64,000 nt of DNA from Bacteroidales bacterium UBA1715 (lineage in GTDB: Bacteria > Bacteroidota > Bacteroidia > Bacteroidales > UBA1715). Shown piece after piece: positions 26,638 to 36,998 of this stretch. The notes below the pieces were generated by a model. That model ran no database searches. It was given only the letters and a program-made list of their open reading frames with translations, and was not told the origin of the DNA. Where the stretch lies: contig DCIX01000025.1 of NCBI GenBank assembly GCA_002317135.1, forward strand, positions 64,302-128,301. Reading direction: 5' to 3'. The first letter of the stretch is position 1, and each line of letters opens with the position of its first letter. The position numbers were made by a program, and so were the translations under genes.

Positions 26638-26970
26638 GTATGCCGTTAGGCATACACACTTGGTAGAAACAAAGGATTTCCGCCACCATACATTCCGTAG
26701 GAATGAACCGATATGGTTTGTTTCTGCGGAATTTTTATTGTTAATGCTGAAAGCCTATCATTTTTTTGTAATGACTTTCAGCCATTGGGTGCTGGGGGTA
26801 TATTCTCCCGAGACTTCGTCACAGGTTACTTGAATATTGCCTTGCCAGGCAATAGTATATTTTGATTCTTATTGCACATAAAAAAGTAATGGCTGGAAGC
26901 CATTATTTGAGTAACCTGCGACGTAGTCTCAGGATTGGAATATGTGGAATACATTTGGCTGGAAGCCAAT
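26638..26970. repeat. Cluster of at least 6 REP-like hairpins, including a 23-bp long-range inverted repeat enclosing two stem-loops
   Basis: Short stems: gtatgcc/ggcatac (26638-55), gctgaaag/ctttcagc (26746-82) and ttggc/gccaa (about 26955-69). A long imperfect hairpin spans 26665-26725. The long-range inverted repeat pairs 26807-26829 with 26911-26933 (20/23 paired). It encloses attgcc/ggcaat and taatggc/gccatta. Confidence 0.6.
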
Positions 26971-26988
26971 ACAAAAATCTCAGAACGA

Positions 26989-27252
26989 CTATTTGCCTTC
27001 TTTCTGTTTATCCAACACTTTTTGTAACGCAACAGCAAGTTGGTCCGGGCAAGATGTTTGTTTTGGGCCACAGGTAATTCCCGACAAGCGTTTGATTGCC
27101 TCTTCGGCAGTCATTCCTTCCACCAACTTACCTATTCCCTTTAGATTGCCATTGCAACCACCATAAAATACAACGTTGGAAATCACATTGTCATTCAATT
27201 CAAAATCAATCTGTTGGCTACAAGTGCCAACTGTTTTGTAACGATATTTCAT
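26989..27252 (-). CDS. TIGR03905-type TSCPD domain protein
   Basis: VGTCSQQIDFEL ... FYGGCNGNLKGIGKLVEGM ... GITCGPKQTSCPDQLA. Confidence 0.8.
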   Translation of the reverse strand: MKYRYKTVGTCSQQIDFELNDNVISNVVFYGGCNGNLKGIGKLVEGMTAEEAIKRLSGITCGPKQTSCPDQLAVALQKVLDKQKEGK

Positions 27253-27257
27253 ACAAA

Positions 27258-28379
27258 CTACATTAACGATCTATACACCATATCGGTTTTATTAGCAAAT
27301 TCCTTCAAAGTGAATTTCTTTGCTTGTTCAAAACCATCGTTCACTAACTGCATACGAAGATTTTTATTTTCGTGCAGTTCCATTATTGCCCGGGCAATGC
27401 TTTCTATATTGTACGGATCAATATAATAGCAAGCATCGCCTCCAACTTCTGGCAACGACGACACATTACTAATAACTACTGGCACACCGCTCCGGAACGC
27501 TTCCAAAATAGGAATACCAAAACCTTCGTAACATGACGGATACAAGAACATTTCCGCACACTGGTACACAATTGGCAACACATCGTTACCAATTGAACTG
27601 CACACAAAAACCTTATCTTGCAGATTTTCAGCCTCAATATACGCCATCAACTTTTTTTGGCAATCACGACCTTTACCAACAATAACTAATGGTATGTCAA
27701 TTTGATTCTTTATTAGGTTATATGCCTTTACCAACGACAAAACATTCTTTCTATCCATTATGGCTCCAACATACAACAAATACTTCGAAGGCAAGCCTAC
27801 TTTTTCAAGCACTTGATTCTTTTCATCCTCGGAAAAGCGAGCATCAAAAATAGAGCTACATGTTTGATATACAACGGATATTTTCTTTGGATCAACCTTA
27901 AAAAACTTGACTATATCATTCTTGGTTGCCTCGCTGGTTGCAATAATCGCATTAGCATTTTGGCAAGAATTTTTCCACTTTAAATCGTAAATTTTCTTGT
28001 CTATTAAAGGGAAATCACTTGGAAATAATTTATAGATTAAATCATGAATAGTCACTACCGTTTTTATAGTAGTATCTTCAATACCCAATGGCAATTCGTG
28101 ACTTAAACCATGATAAATGTCAATATCCTTTTCAACAAGACTATTGACAATCAGATGTGAGCGCCAAAACGACTTCGACATAAAGATACTTGGCGTAACT
28201 GTTTCAAATTCTTTTGTGAAGAAAAAACTCTCATCGTTATACGTTATCGACGGAGAGTACAAAATATAGGTATTCTCTGGATAATACTCCTTCAAACTAC
28301 GCAACAAACTTCGACTATAATTTCCAAGCCCTGTTGTGTTATGAAACAAACGCTTTGCGTCGAAACCAATTCTATACAT
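27258..28379 (-). CDS. Glycosyltransferase family 4 (GT-B, group 1)
   Basis: EGFGIPILEA motif and length. Confidence 0.8.
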   Translation of the reverse strand: MYRIGFDAKRLFHNTTGLGNYSRSLLRSLKEYYPENTYILYSPSITYNDESFFFTKEFETVTPSIFMSKSFWRSHLIVNSLVEKDIDIYHGLSHELPLGIEDTTIKTVVTIHDLIYKLFPSDFPLIDKKIYDLKWKNSCQNANAIIATSEATKNDIVKFFKVDPKKISVVYQTCSSIFDARFSEDEKNQVLEKVGLPSKYLLYVGAIMDRKNVLSLVKAYNLIKNQIDIPLVIVGKGRDCQKKLMAYIEAENLQDKVFVCSSIGNDVLPIVYQCAEMFLYPSCYEGFGIPILEAFRSGVPVVISNVSSLPEVGGDACYYIDPYNIESIARAIMELHENKNLRMQLVNDGFEQAKKFTLKEFANKTDMVYRSLM

Positions 28380-29095
28380 TAGAAGTTAGCTAAAATGTCA
28401 ACAATATGTATAACCTTGATAGGTAGATTATTACGATCGATATACGCTTTCATATTCATTAAGCATGAATACTCTGTTCCTGTGATATATTCAGCGCCAG
28501 TCTCTAATGCAAAGCGAACTTTTTGTTCCACCATAGCAGAAGAAATATCTTTCTGTTTAATTGAGAAGGTTCCACCAAAACCGCAGCAAGTCGTACTTTC
28601 TTCCATTTCTACAATTTCCAAGCCTTTCACATTCGAAAGCAATGTACGAGGTTCTGTTACCATACCATATTCGCGCAATGCCGAACAGGAATCATGAACG
28701 GTTACTTTTGCATTGAAAGTTGCACCTAAATCAGTAACTTTCATAACATTCACAAGAAAATCGCAAATGTCGTAAATCCTATTTGAAAGAGATTCTGCTT
28801 GTTGTTTTTCTGCAGCCTCGTCGAACAACGAAGCATAACGGCGTTTTATGAAACCAGTACAAGAACCACCAGGACTTACAATCATACGTTCGCCCTCAAA
28901 GTCCTTCATAAATTTATGTGCAATTTCCTGTGTTTCTTTTGTATAGCCACTATTAAACTGTGGTTGTCCACAACATGTTTGTTTTGGGTTGTAATGAGTT
29001 TCACAACCAACATGTTTCAATATTTTTATAAGATTCTCCCCTGTTTCAGGTGTTAACTGATCAACGAAACAAGGTATAAACAAATCAACTTCCAT
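28379..29095 (-). CDS. (Fe-S)-binding CCG-domain protein, LutA-like
   Basis: VDLFIPCFVDQ ... CCGQP and a second CCGFGG block. No lutB or lutC is adjacent. Confidence 0.75.
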   Translation of the reverse strand: MEVDLFIPCFVDQLTPETGENLIKILKHVGCETHYNPKQTCCGQPQFNSGYTKETQEIAHKFMKDFEGERMIVSPGGSCTGFIKRRYASLFDEAAEKQQAESLSNRIYDICDFLVNVMKVTDLGATFNAKVTVHDSCSALREYGMVTEPRTLLSNVKGLEIVEMEESTTCCGFGGTFSIKQKDISSAMVEQKVRFALETGAEYITGTEYSCLMNMKAYIDRNNLPIKVIHIVDILANF

Positions 29096-29143
29096 AATAA
29101 AACTTTAATATACAAAAGTAATATTTCTCATTAACTTACGAGC

Positions 29144-30481
29144 TTAATCTCTCTTGAAAATATCTCGTGTATAAACTTTATCTTGCACATCGTCAAGACA
29201 ACTATCGTATCGGTTGGCAATAATCGCCTGAGACTGTTTCTTAAACGCATCCAAATCATTTACCACCATACTACCAAAAAATGTGCTTCCATTTTCCAAA
29301 GTTGGCTCATAAATAATGACTTGCGCACCCTTTGCCTTAATTCTCTTCATAACGCCTTGAATAGAACTTTGGCGGAAATTGTCGCTATTGCTCTTCATTG
29401 TAAGACGGAACACACCAATTGTCACAGATTTTTCTTGCGACTTGCTGAAATTATTCGCATTACTATAACCATAGTAGCCAGCCTTGGCAAGCACTTGGTC
29501 GGCAATAAAATCCTTACGAGTGCGGTTACTTTCGACTATGGCTGTCATCATATTCTGAGGAACATCTTGATAATTTGCAAGTAATTGTTTGGTATCCTTT
29601 GGAAGGCAATAGCCACCATATCCAAACGAAGGATTATTATAATGGCCGCCAATACGAGGATCCAAGCCAACTCCTTGAATAATTGCCTGTGAATCAAGTC
29701 CTTTAACCTCTGCGTATGTATCCAATTCGTTAAAATAACTTACACGCAAAGCAAGATAGGTATTAGCAAACAATTTTACCGCTTCGGCTTCGGTCATTCC
29801 CATAAAAAGAATGTCAATATTTTCTTTTATAGCACCTTCTTGCAACAAAGCAGCAAACCTATGTGCAGCTTGCTCCAAATCGCTACCTATAATGTTTCGT
29901 ACCAATGCATCTTCATCGCCAAATTGTTCCGAATCCTTTGGATAGCCTACAATAATTCGGCTTGGATACAAATTATCATACAATGCTTTACTTTCGCGAA
30001 GGAATTCCGGAGAGAACAACAAATTCAAAGTACGGTTAGTCCAACCATTGGCAGCAAATTTCAGAGCATATTTCTTATACAACGAACGGCAATAGCCTAC
30101 CGGTATTGTACTTTTTATAATCATTACCGCCTGTGGATTCACCTCCAGCACTAAATCTATCACTTCCTCCACATGACTTGTATCAAAATAATTTTTTACA
30201 GGATCATAGTTTGTTGGTGCTGCAATCACAACAAAATCAGCAGTACGATATGCCTCGGCACCATCTAATGTTGCCGTTAAATGCAATTCTTTTTCGGCTA
30301 AAAATTTCTCAATATATTCATCTTGAATTGGCGATTTCTTATTGTTAATCATTGCTACCTTTTCAGGAACGACATCAACAGCAGTAACCGAATGGTGTTG
30401 TGCAAGAAGTGTTGCGATACTCAAACCAACATAACCAGTTCCCGCTACCGCGATTGTTATGTCCTTACATTCTTTATTCAT
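29144..30481 (-). CDS. ugd: UDP-glucose 6-dehydrogenase / nucleotide-sugar dehydrogenase
   Basis: N-terminal Rossmann GTGYVGLS, the motif SPEFLRE, and the catalytic GGYCLPKD. Confidence 0.8.
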   Translation of the reverse strand: MNKECKDITIAVAGTGYVGLSIATLLAQHHSVTAVDVVPEKVAMINNKKSPIQDEYIEKFLAEKELHLTATLDGAEAYRTADFVVIAAPTNYDPVKNYFDTSHVEEVIDLVLEVNPQAVMIIKSTIPVGYCRSLYKKYALKFAANGWTNRTLNLLFSPEFLRESKALYDNLYPSRIIVGYPKDSEQFGDEDALVRNIIGSDLEQAAHRFAALLQEGAIKENIDILFMGMTEAEAVKLFANTYLALRVSYFNELDTYAEVKGLDSQAIIQGVGLDPRIGGHYNNPSFGYGGYCLPKDTKQLLANYQDVPQNMMTAIVESNRTRKDFIADQVLAKAGYYGYSNANNFSKSQEKSVTIGVFRLTMKSNSDNFRQSSIQGVMKRIKAKGAQVIIYEPTLENGSTFFGSMVVNDLDAFKKQSQAIIANRYDSCLDDVQDKVYTRDIFKRD

Positions 30482-30583
30482 AGTTTTTCTTCTCTAAACG
30501 GCATAAAATTACAGTTTTTATAAATGTATTCTACATTTTCGTTAAAAAATAAGTAACTTGCACGCGTTTTAATACGATTCGAG

Positions 30584-31318
30584 ATGAAAAAACACATTCC
30601 TAATACGCTCACAATCTGCAACTTGCTATGTGGCGTATTTTCTGTAGTAATTTCAACAACCCAATTCAAATCGCTTGAACTTGCAGTCGCACTAATTTTC
30701 TGCGGAGCAGTTTTCGACTTTTTTGACGGTTTTTCCGCACGACTACTAAAAGTTGCATCTCCTATCGGCAAAGAACTTGATTCTCTTGCAGATTTAATAA
30801 CCTTCGGATTTGCTCCTGCAGCAATAACCTCAAGTCTTATCTTCGACTCTCTATACGGCGGCCAACTTACCGATTATGACAATATTAGCACTTATGCATT
30901 AGCACTTACATTCTTCCCATACATCATAGTTGCATTTTCTGCACTTCGATTGGCTAAATTCAATTTAGACACTCGTCAGGCACATTCTTTCATTGGATTG
31001 CCAACTCCAGCAAATGCTATATTCTTTGCTAGTTTCGCATTCCTACCAGACATTGACTTGGAAATTTTCCCTATCATTCTCGATGTACTTTGCTTGGTAT
31101 TCTCATTGTTGTTAGTTTCAGAAATTCCTATGTTCTCGCTCAAGTTCCAAAATTATTCTTGGGCTGATAACAAGATACGTTTTTCATTCCTAATTTGTAC
31201 GGTTATTTTATTGGCTATATTCAAATTACAAGCACTTACAGGCATTATGGTCTTGTATATCGTACTATCGCTTGTTGACGACTTTGTAAACAAAAAAACG
31301 CCAGACAATTTGGAATAA
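30584..31318 (+). CDS. pssA: CDP-diacylglycerol-serine O-phosphatidyltransferase
   Basis: CDP-alcohol phosphatidyltransferase motif DFFDGFSARLLKVASPIGKELDSLAD. Confidence 0.85.
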   Translation: MKKHIPNTLTICNLLCGVFSVVISTTQFKSLELAVALIFCGAVFDFFDGFSARLLKVASPIGKELDSLADLITFGFAPAAITSSLIFDSLYGGQLTDYDNISTYALALTFFPYIIVAFSALRLAKFNLDTRQAHSFIGLPTPANAIFFASFAFLPDIDLEIFPIILDVLCLVFSLLLVSEIPMFSLKFQNYSWADNKIRFSFLICTVILLAIFKLQALTGIMVLYIVLSLVDDFVNKKTPDNLE

Positions 31319-31470
31319 AAATGACATTTTGATGATGAATGTATATTGCGTATGCAATCCAACAAACTATTGGGCGTATGCGATACACCCCTACGATAAT
31401 CAATATTCATTAACCATTTAATATTAACCATTTTATTGTAACTTTACCCCAATTTATTTGTCTATTGTAA

Positions 31471-34400
31471 ATGAAACGATTGGGGTTGACAATACTATTT
31501 CTCTATTCACTCTTGAGCGCATTTGCCCAAGAATCATCCATCGTTTTCACTGAAAACCAAAAACAATGGCCATCGAATGTATTGTTTCGCAGTCAGTTAC
31601 ACAAAGGAAATCTATTCCTTGAAAAGAACTGTTTTACCTATTATTTTTTCGACAACGAAAACTCGCAACATCGCCACGGGGCATATTCTGTTTCGGAAAA
31701 GGAATTAAGCCAAAGTTTAGAACGGTTTGAACAAACAGGCGAACAACCCAAACGAAGACAAGAACAAAGACCTGATTCTCTTCGTGCACACGCATACAAA
31801 GTTTCGTTTGTAAATATGAACTCACGAACGAAAATCTATGGAGTTTCTCAAACGCCATACACCGAAAACTATTTGATAGGGAATAATCCCAAAAATTGGT
31901 CTACTGGCGTTCGCAGTTTCTCGAAAGTCATCTACGAAAACATCTATAAAAACACTCTTTTACAAGTTTACGGAAACGGTCCTGACCTAAAATATGACTT
32001 CGTCATTCAACCAGGCGGCGATCCAAAGAAAATCAAACTGCACTATTCCGATGTACCGTCAATGAGCGTACGAAGCGACGGCGTGCTACAAATCAACACA
32101 TCGGTAAACGAAGTCTATGAGCAAAAACCATACGCTTACCAAATCATTGACGGTAAAACTGTTACGATTCCATGTTCGTACTATCTTGAACATTTTACCG
32201 TAAGCTACAATTTAGGCGAATACAATCCAGCATATACCCTATACATTGATCCAGATTTAATTTTCTCGACTTATACTGGTTCAACATCAGACAATTGGGG
32301 TTTTACCGCGACATACGACTCCGAAAACAACGCATACCTTGGTGGTATTGTTGAAGGATTTGGCTACCCAGTCAATATGGGAGCCATTCAAACAGAATAT
32401 GCCGGTGGTAATTGGGATATTGGCATCATTAAACTTGACGGAACTGGAACTAAACGATTATATGCCACATATTTAGGTGGCTCAAGCTGCGAAATGCCTC
32501 ATAGTTTCATAGTAAACAGCAAAAACGAACTACTGATTTTAGGAACTACAGGCTCGGCCGACTTTCCTACAGAAAATGCTTATCAAAAGACATTCGCCGG
32601 TGGTGATTATACTTTATATGACAACACTATATTGTTCGAAAACGGTGTGGACATTTTCGTAAGCCGTCTTTCACCAGACGGAACGACATTATTGTCTTCT
32701 ACATTTTTAGGCGGAAGCAAAAACGACGGTATAAATTTTAGCTGGGAAACAGATTTGGAATACGGCCACGACTCTCTCTACTATAACTACGGCGATGGCG
32801 CTCGTGGCGAGATTATGATTGACGATGACGACAATGTATATATTGCCTCAACCACATTCTCCGACGACTTTCCTATTGTAAACGGATTTCAAAGCACATT
32901 CGGAGGCATGCAAGATGGCATTGTATGCAAATTCGATCCCGAAGTTTCCACCTTACAATGGAGTTCATACATTGGTGGCGAAAGCAAGGACGCGTCATAT
33001 TCAATAGACATTGACCACGACAATAGTGCGTATGTTACTGGAGGAACGTGTTCTTCCACTCTTAATATGCCTGCTGGCGGCTATCAAACCAACCGCATCG
33101 GTGGAACCGTAGATGCATATATTCTTAAAATAGATAGAACTTCTGGCGAATTACAAGCAGGAACATATTTCGGTTCTACGGAATATGACCAAGCACACTT
33201 TGTTCGAGTAAATTCCAACAATAAAGTATTCATCTTTGGACAAACCACAGCAAAAGGTAACACACTGATTTACAACGCAAAATACAACAATCCCAATAGT
33301 GGACAATTCTTAGCCTCGTTTTCGAACGACCTACAGACACTAAATTGGTCAACAGTATTTGGATCAGGTTTAGGAAGGCCGAACATATCACCTACAGCTT
33401 TTGAAGTGGACATTTGCAACCGTATTTATCTTGCCGGTGTCGGACGAGATTGGAATGACCAACCAGGTTGGTATTTTTACGGGAATACCGGATATCGTTT
33501 ATATGACTACGGATGGGAAGCGATACAGGGGACTAAGGGAATGGAAGTAACCGACGATGCTTACCAAAAAGAAACCGACGGCAAGGATTTCTACATCATG
33601 GTTACCGACGACGAGGCGAATAATCTTGACTACGCAACATTCTTCGGTGAACTTTCCGATGCGTATGTGCTTTACAACCCATTTAACGGCCAATATTTAT
33701 ACAATGGTTGTTCTTCGAGTGGCCGCGACCATGTGGATGGAGGAACAAGCCGTTTCGATGCAAATGGCTATGTTTATCAGAGTGTTTGTGCAAGTTGTGG
33801 TGGTTGTAATGGGTTCCCGATTTATCCGAAACCAGGTGCTTGGTCAACAAAAAACAACGCAAGCAACTGTAACAGTGCCATTCTCCGATTTGTTATTGAT
33901 TTCGGTCTTATTAAAGCAAATTTCGATTTACCGGAAGTTGGCTGTGCAAGTAAAGAATTGACCTTTAAAAACACCTCGGAAGTTCACTATAACAATCCTA
34001 AACTAACCTATCTCTGGGACTTCGGAGATGGAACTACCTCAACAGAAGAATCTCCTTCGCACACATACAAGACTAACGGGAAATATACCATTACTCTATG
34101 GGTAAAAGATTCGACCTCGTGCAATCAAAGTGATTCTATTACAAAAGTTCTTACTATTGTTACCAAAACAAATTACGAGATTTTAGACACTAAAAACATC
34201 TGTCTTAGCGATAGCGTTGCCATTGGTATTCCAAACGAATACGACGAATCACTTGAATATTCCTGGTCACCAACGGATTGGATTACCGATCCGTCAAAAC
34301 CATCGTCGTACGCAAGACCGAACGACACAACCACGTATCAACTTTCCGTTACGTCTGGTTGGTGTCAAACGATTTACGAGCAAACAGTCAATACGTTTAA

Positions 34401-35922
34401 TCAAGACTATTATGTAAAGAAAATCAGCGTTGAGAAAAACGGAGTTCCACAAAAACCATACGTCTGTAAAGGCGACAGAATCAGACTTACCGTCGAAACC
34501 AATGCTCCATCGCAAAGATTTTTATGGGCAACAGACAAGAATTTCAGCAACATTATAAATCCGGACTTTTCGCTAAACTATGTTGAATTCACTCCAACAG
34601 AAACCACAACAATTTATGTAAAAACACTGAGCACTTACTGTGAATTTGAAGCATTAGATTCCATCAAATTATATGTATTCCATAACGACATCACCGTTAC
34701 TGGAGACACGCTCATTTGCCGTGGTGACATAACAAGCATTTTCGTGGAAAATCTTACGCCAAAGAATCCACTTACCTATAAATGGACACCGAAAAACAAA
34801 ATCTACGACGGAGCCGAAACAAATTCTCCTATTGTAAAACCAGACAAGACAACTGATTTCGTCGTATATGCAACAGATTCTGTTGGTTGCAGTTACACCG
34901 ACACAGTACACATAGAAGTAGATGAATTACAAGTACTTGTAGAAAATTTCAAACCGATTAGTTGTCACGGAGATACCGACGCACAATTTGAGATTGTTCC
35001 TATTGGATTTCCACCATATCAAATTGCCTGGGACGACAACACAAATTTCTATGGGAAATATAATGTTGGGTCAGGTATCTATACTGTTTTTGTTAGCGAT
35101 AGTTTAGGATGCACAACAAAAGAAGAAATCGTTGTTACAGAACCGAAAGAACTTACAATTGACTCCACTCTATTCACACACGAAACGTGTAAAGGTGCCT
35201 GCAATGGTAGTATTTCCGTAAAGGTTTCTGGAGGGACAGAACCTTATTCGTATTTGTGGAACACCGAAGACAACACGGCAAGTCTAACACGACTTTGTCC
35301 TGGAGAATATAGCACAACAGTAACCGATGCACATGGATGTACCACTGCACTGTCACAACCAATACAAATTAAATTAGAAGAAAAAATTCCTGAACTTGAC
35401 GCGTTTGCCGAATCAAATCTAATTTTTATCGGTCAGGAAACAAAAATCTATGCAACCAAGACTCCAGAAGAGAATGTCACATATCTTTGGACACCAAACA
35501 TTTGGATAGACGATAACACAAAAGCGGTTACAACTGTCACACCCGACATCCCATTGGAACTAACATTCAAAGTCATTGCCATAGATGCGTATGGATGTCA
35601 AAATACCGACACTGTGCAACTTACATCTGTAGAATGGATTTGCGACAAGCCATTCATATTTGTACCAACAGCATTCACTCCAAACAACGACGGGAAAAAT
35701 GATGTAATTTCTGTCAATAGCAAAGTAATCACTAATTTAGAATTTTCGATATTCGACCGTTGGGGAGAACTTGTTTTTGAGACAAACGACATCAACTCCA
35801 GTTGGGACGGAACATATCACGGAAAACTTCTACAACCACAAGTATTTGTGTATCATTTAAAAGCGACCTGCTTAAATGGTGAAAAATTCGAAGAAAAAGG
35901 AAACATCACACTCATACGATAA
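31471..35922 (+). CDS. Large T9SS cargo adhesin: SBBP beta-propeller repeats, PKD domain, SprB-type repeats, type B (gliding-motility-associated) C-terminal sorting domain
   Basis: Signal peptide, SBBP-like YATYLGGS repeats and PKD block WDFGDGTTSTEESPSHTY. SprB-like repeats CxGxxNGSISVKVSGGTEPYSYLWN. The C-terminus reads VPTAFTPNNDGKNDV ... FDRWGELVFE. Confidence 0.85.
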   Translation: MKRLGLTILFLYSLLSAFAQESSIVFTENQKQWPSNVLFRSQLHKGNLFLEKNCFTYYFFDNENSQHRHGAYSVSEKELSQSLERFEQTGEQPKRRQEQRPDSLRAHAYKVSFVNMNSRTKIYGVSQTPYTENYLIGNNPKNWSTGVRSFSKVIYENIYKNTLLQVYGNGPDLKYDFVIQPGGDPKKIKLHYSDVPSMSVRSDGVLQINTSVNEVYEQKPYAYQIIDGKTVTIPCSYYLEHFTVSYNLGEYNPAYTLYIDPDLIFSTYTGSTSDNWGFTATYDSENNAYLGGIVEGFGYPVNMGAIQTEYAGGNWDIGIIKLDGTGTKRLYATYLGGSSCEMPHSFIVNSKNELLILGTTGSADFPTENAYQKTFAGGDYTLYDNTILFENGVDIFVSRLSPDGTTLLSSTFLGGSKNDGINFSWETDLEYGHDSLYYNYGDGARGEIMIDDDDNVYIASTTFSDDFPIVNGFQSTFGGMQDGIVCKFDPEVSTLQWSSYIGGESKDASYSIDIDHDNSAYVTGGTCSSTLNMPAGGYQTNRIGGTVDAYILKIDRTSGELQAGTYFGSTEYDQAHFVRVNSNNKVFIFGQTTAKGNTLIYNAKYNNPNSGQFLASFSNDLQTLNWSTVFGSGLGRPNISPTAFEVDICNRIYLAGVGRDWNDQPGWYFYGNTGYRLYDYGWEAIQGTKGMEVTDDAYQKETDGKDFYIMVTDDEANNLDYATFFGELSDAYVLYNPFNGQYLYNGCSSSGRDHVDGGTSRFDANGYVYQSVCASCGGCNGFPIYPKPGAWSTKNNASNCNSAILRFVIDFGLIKANFDLPEVGCASKELTFKNTSEVHYNNPKLTYLWDFGDGTTSTEESPSHTYKTNGKYTITLWVKDSTSCNQSDSITKVLTIVTKTNYEILDTKNICLSDSVAIGIPNEYDESLEYSWSPTDWITDPSKPSSYARPNDTTTYQLSVTSGWCQTIYEQTVNTFNQDYYVKKISVEKNGVPQKPYVCKGDRIRLTVETNAPSQRFLWATDKNFSNIINPDFSLNYVEFTPTETTTIYVKTLSTYCEFEALDSIKLYVFHNDITVTGDTLICRGDITSIFVENLTPKNPLTYKWTPKNKIYDGAETNSPIVKPDKTTDFVVYATDSVGCSYTDTVHIEVDELQVLVENFKPISCHGDTDAQFEIVPIGFPPYQIAWDDNTNFYGKYNVGSGIYTVFVSDSLGCTTKEEIVVTEPKELTIDSTLFTHETCKGACNGSISVKVSGGTEPYSYLWNTEDNTASLTRLCPGEYSTTVTDAHGCTTALSQPIQIKLEEKIPELDAFAESNLIFIGQETKIYATKTPEENVTYLWTPNIWIDDNTKAVTTVTPDIPLELTFKVIAIDAYGCQNTDTVQLTSVEWICDKPFIFVPTAFTPNNDGKNDVISVNSKVITNLEFSIFDRWGELVFETNDINSSWDGTYHGKLLQPQVFVYHLKATCLNGEKFEEKGNITLIR

Positions 35923-36938
35923 TGCGCAAGAAATTGCTGACATATCTATTTCTCCTTTTCATTGTGCAAAGTGCTATTGCACAAGATATTCACTTTTCTA
36001 ATTTCTATTCGAACACACTCAATTTAAATCCTGCAGAATCTGGATTTTTTACGGGTAGGCATCGATTTTGCCTTGCCTATCGCGACCAATACCGAACAGT
36101 CGCACAACCATACAAAACACTTGCAGCAAGTTACGACAGAAGAATATCCAAACGAACTATGAATAGTATGTTCGGCGTAGGAATTTTACTTGACACCGAT
36201 ATTGCCGGCGATGCCAACTACACAACCGTACAATTCGGTATTCCACTTGCCCATCATATTCCATTGGCAGGAAAAACTATCATTATTTCCTATGGGATTA
36301 TGCCTGCTATTCATCATTCCTCAATTGATTACAGCAACCTCACTTTTGGGGAACAATTCAATGGCATACAATTCATTCCCGACTATGAAATAAGCGAAGA
36401 TGTGGATATGAATTCTGTTCTCTATTTTAATATAGATGCTGGTACACAAATAACGTATAAACCATCTAAAACACAAACATATACAATTGGAGTTGCTTGG
36501 AACAATATCAACAAGCCAACAATGTCATTCTTCAAAGACGACGATGCACAATTACGTCAACGAGTGTTGTTACACACATCTGCAATACTTTCAATAACAT
36601 CAACATTTGACCTTGTTCCTGGAGCAAAAATCCAATTTCAAGGCAAACAACATGAATTCCAGTTTGGCGGAATGGGAATTTGTTACTTCCCCAAATCAAC
36701 AATCTCACAAGGACAAGCGGGAATCTGGTTCCGATCAAAAAACAAAGATGCTATCATTTTTGGAATGGGAGCACAATACAACGGATTTGACATTATGCTA
36801 AACTACGACTTAAACATATCTAAATTACACACTGCCAGCAACTTCCACGGTGCATTTGAAATAACATTGTCGTACATTGTTGAGGAACAAAATCGTAGCA
36901 AACGAATGACGGCAGTGCGTTGTCCACATACTTTGTAG
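35922..36938 (+). CDS. PorP/SprF family type IX secretion system membrane protein
   Basis: QDIHFSNFYSNTLNLNPAESG start motif. Position immediately after a type B CTD cargo gene, with a TAATG overlap. Confidence 0.85.
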   Translation: MRKKLLTYLFLLFIVQSAIAQDIHFSNFYSNTLNLNPAESGFFTGRHRFCLAYRDQYRTVAQPYKTLAASYDRRISKRTMNSMFGVGILLDTDIAGDANYTTVQFGIPLAHHIPLAGKTIIISYGIMPAIHHSSIDYSNLTFGEQFNGIQFIPDYEISEDVDMNSVLYFNIDAGTQITYKPSKTQTYTIGVAWNNINKPTMSFFKDDDAQLRQRVLLHTSAILSITSTFDLVPGAKIQFQGKQHEFQFGGMGICYFPKSTISQGQAGIWFRSKNKDAIIFGMGAQYNGFDIMLNYDLNISKLHTASNFHGAFEITLSYIVEEQNRSKRMTAVRCPHTL

Positions 36939-36976
36939 ATACAAACAATTATATTTTTTATTCCCTTCTAAATTTA

Positions 36977-36984
36977 TATCTTTG
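36977..36984 (+). promoter_or_regulatory. -7 promoter box TATCTTTG for the BNR lipoprotein / CotH pair
   Basis: Matches TAnnTTTG, 15 nt upstream of ATG 36999. Confidence 0.4.
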
Positions 36985-36998
36985 TGGAAACAAATAAA

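Noticed and set aside
30532-30544. tacattttcgtta resembling the 9692-9809 repeat unit.
   Set aside because: It is a single copy that differs in the T-run length, and a 12-13-nt partial match is plausible by chance in AT-rich intergenic DNA.
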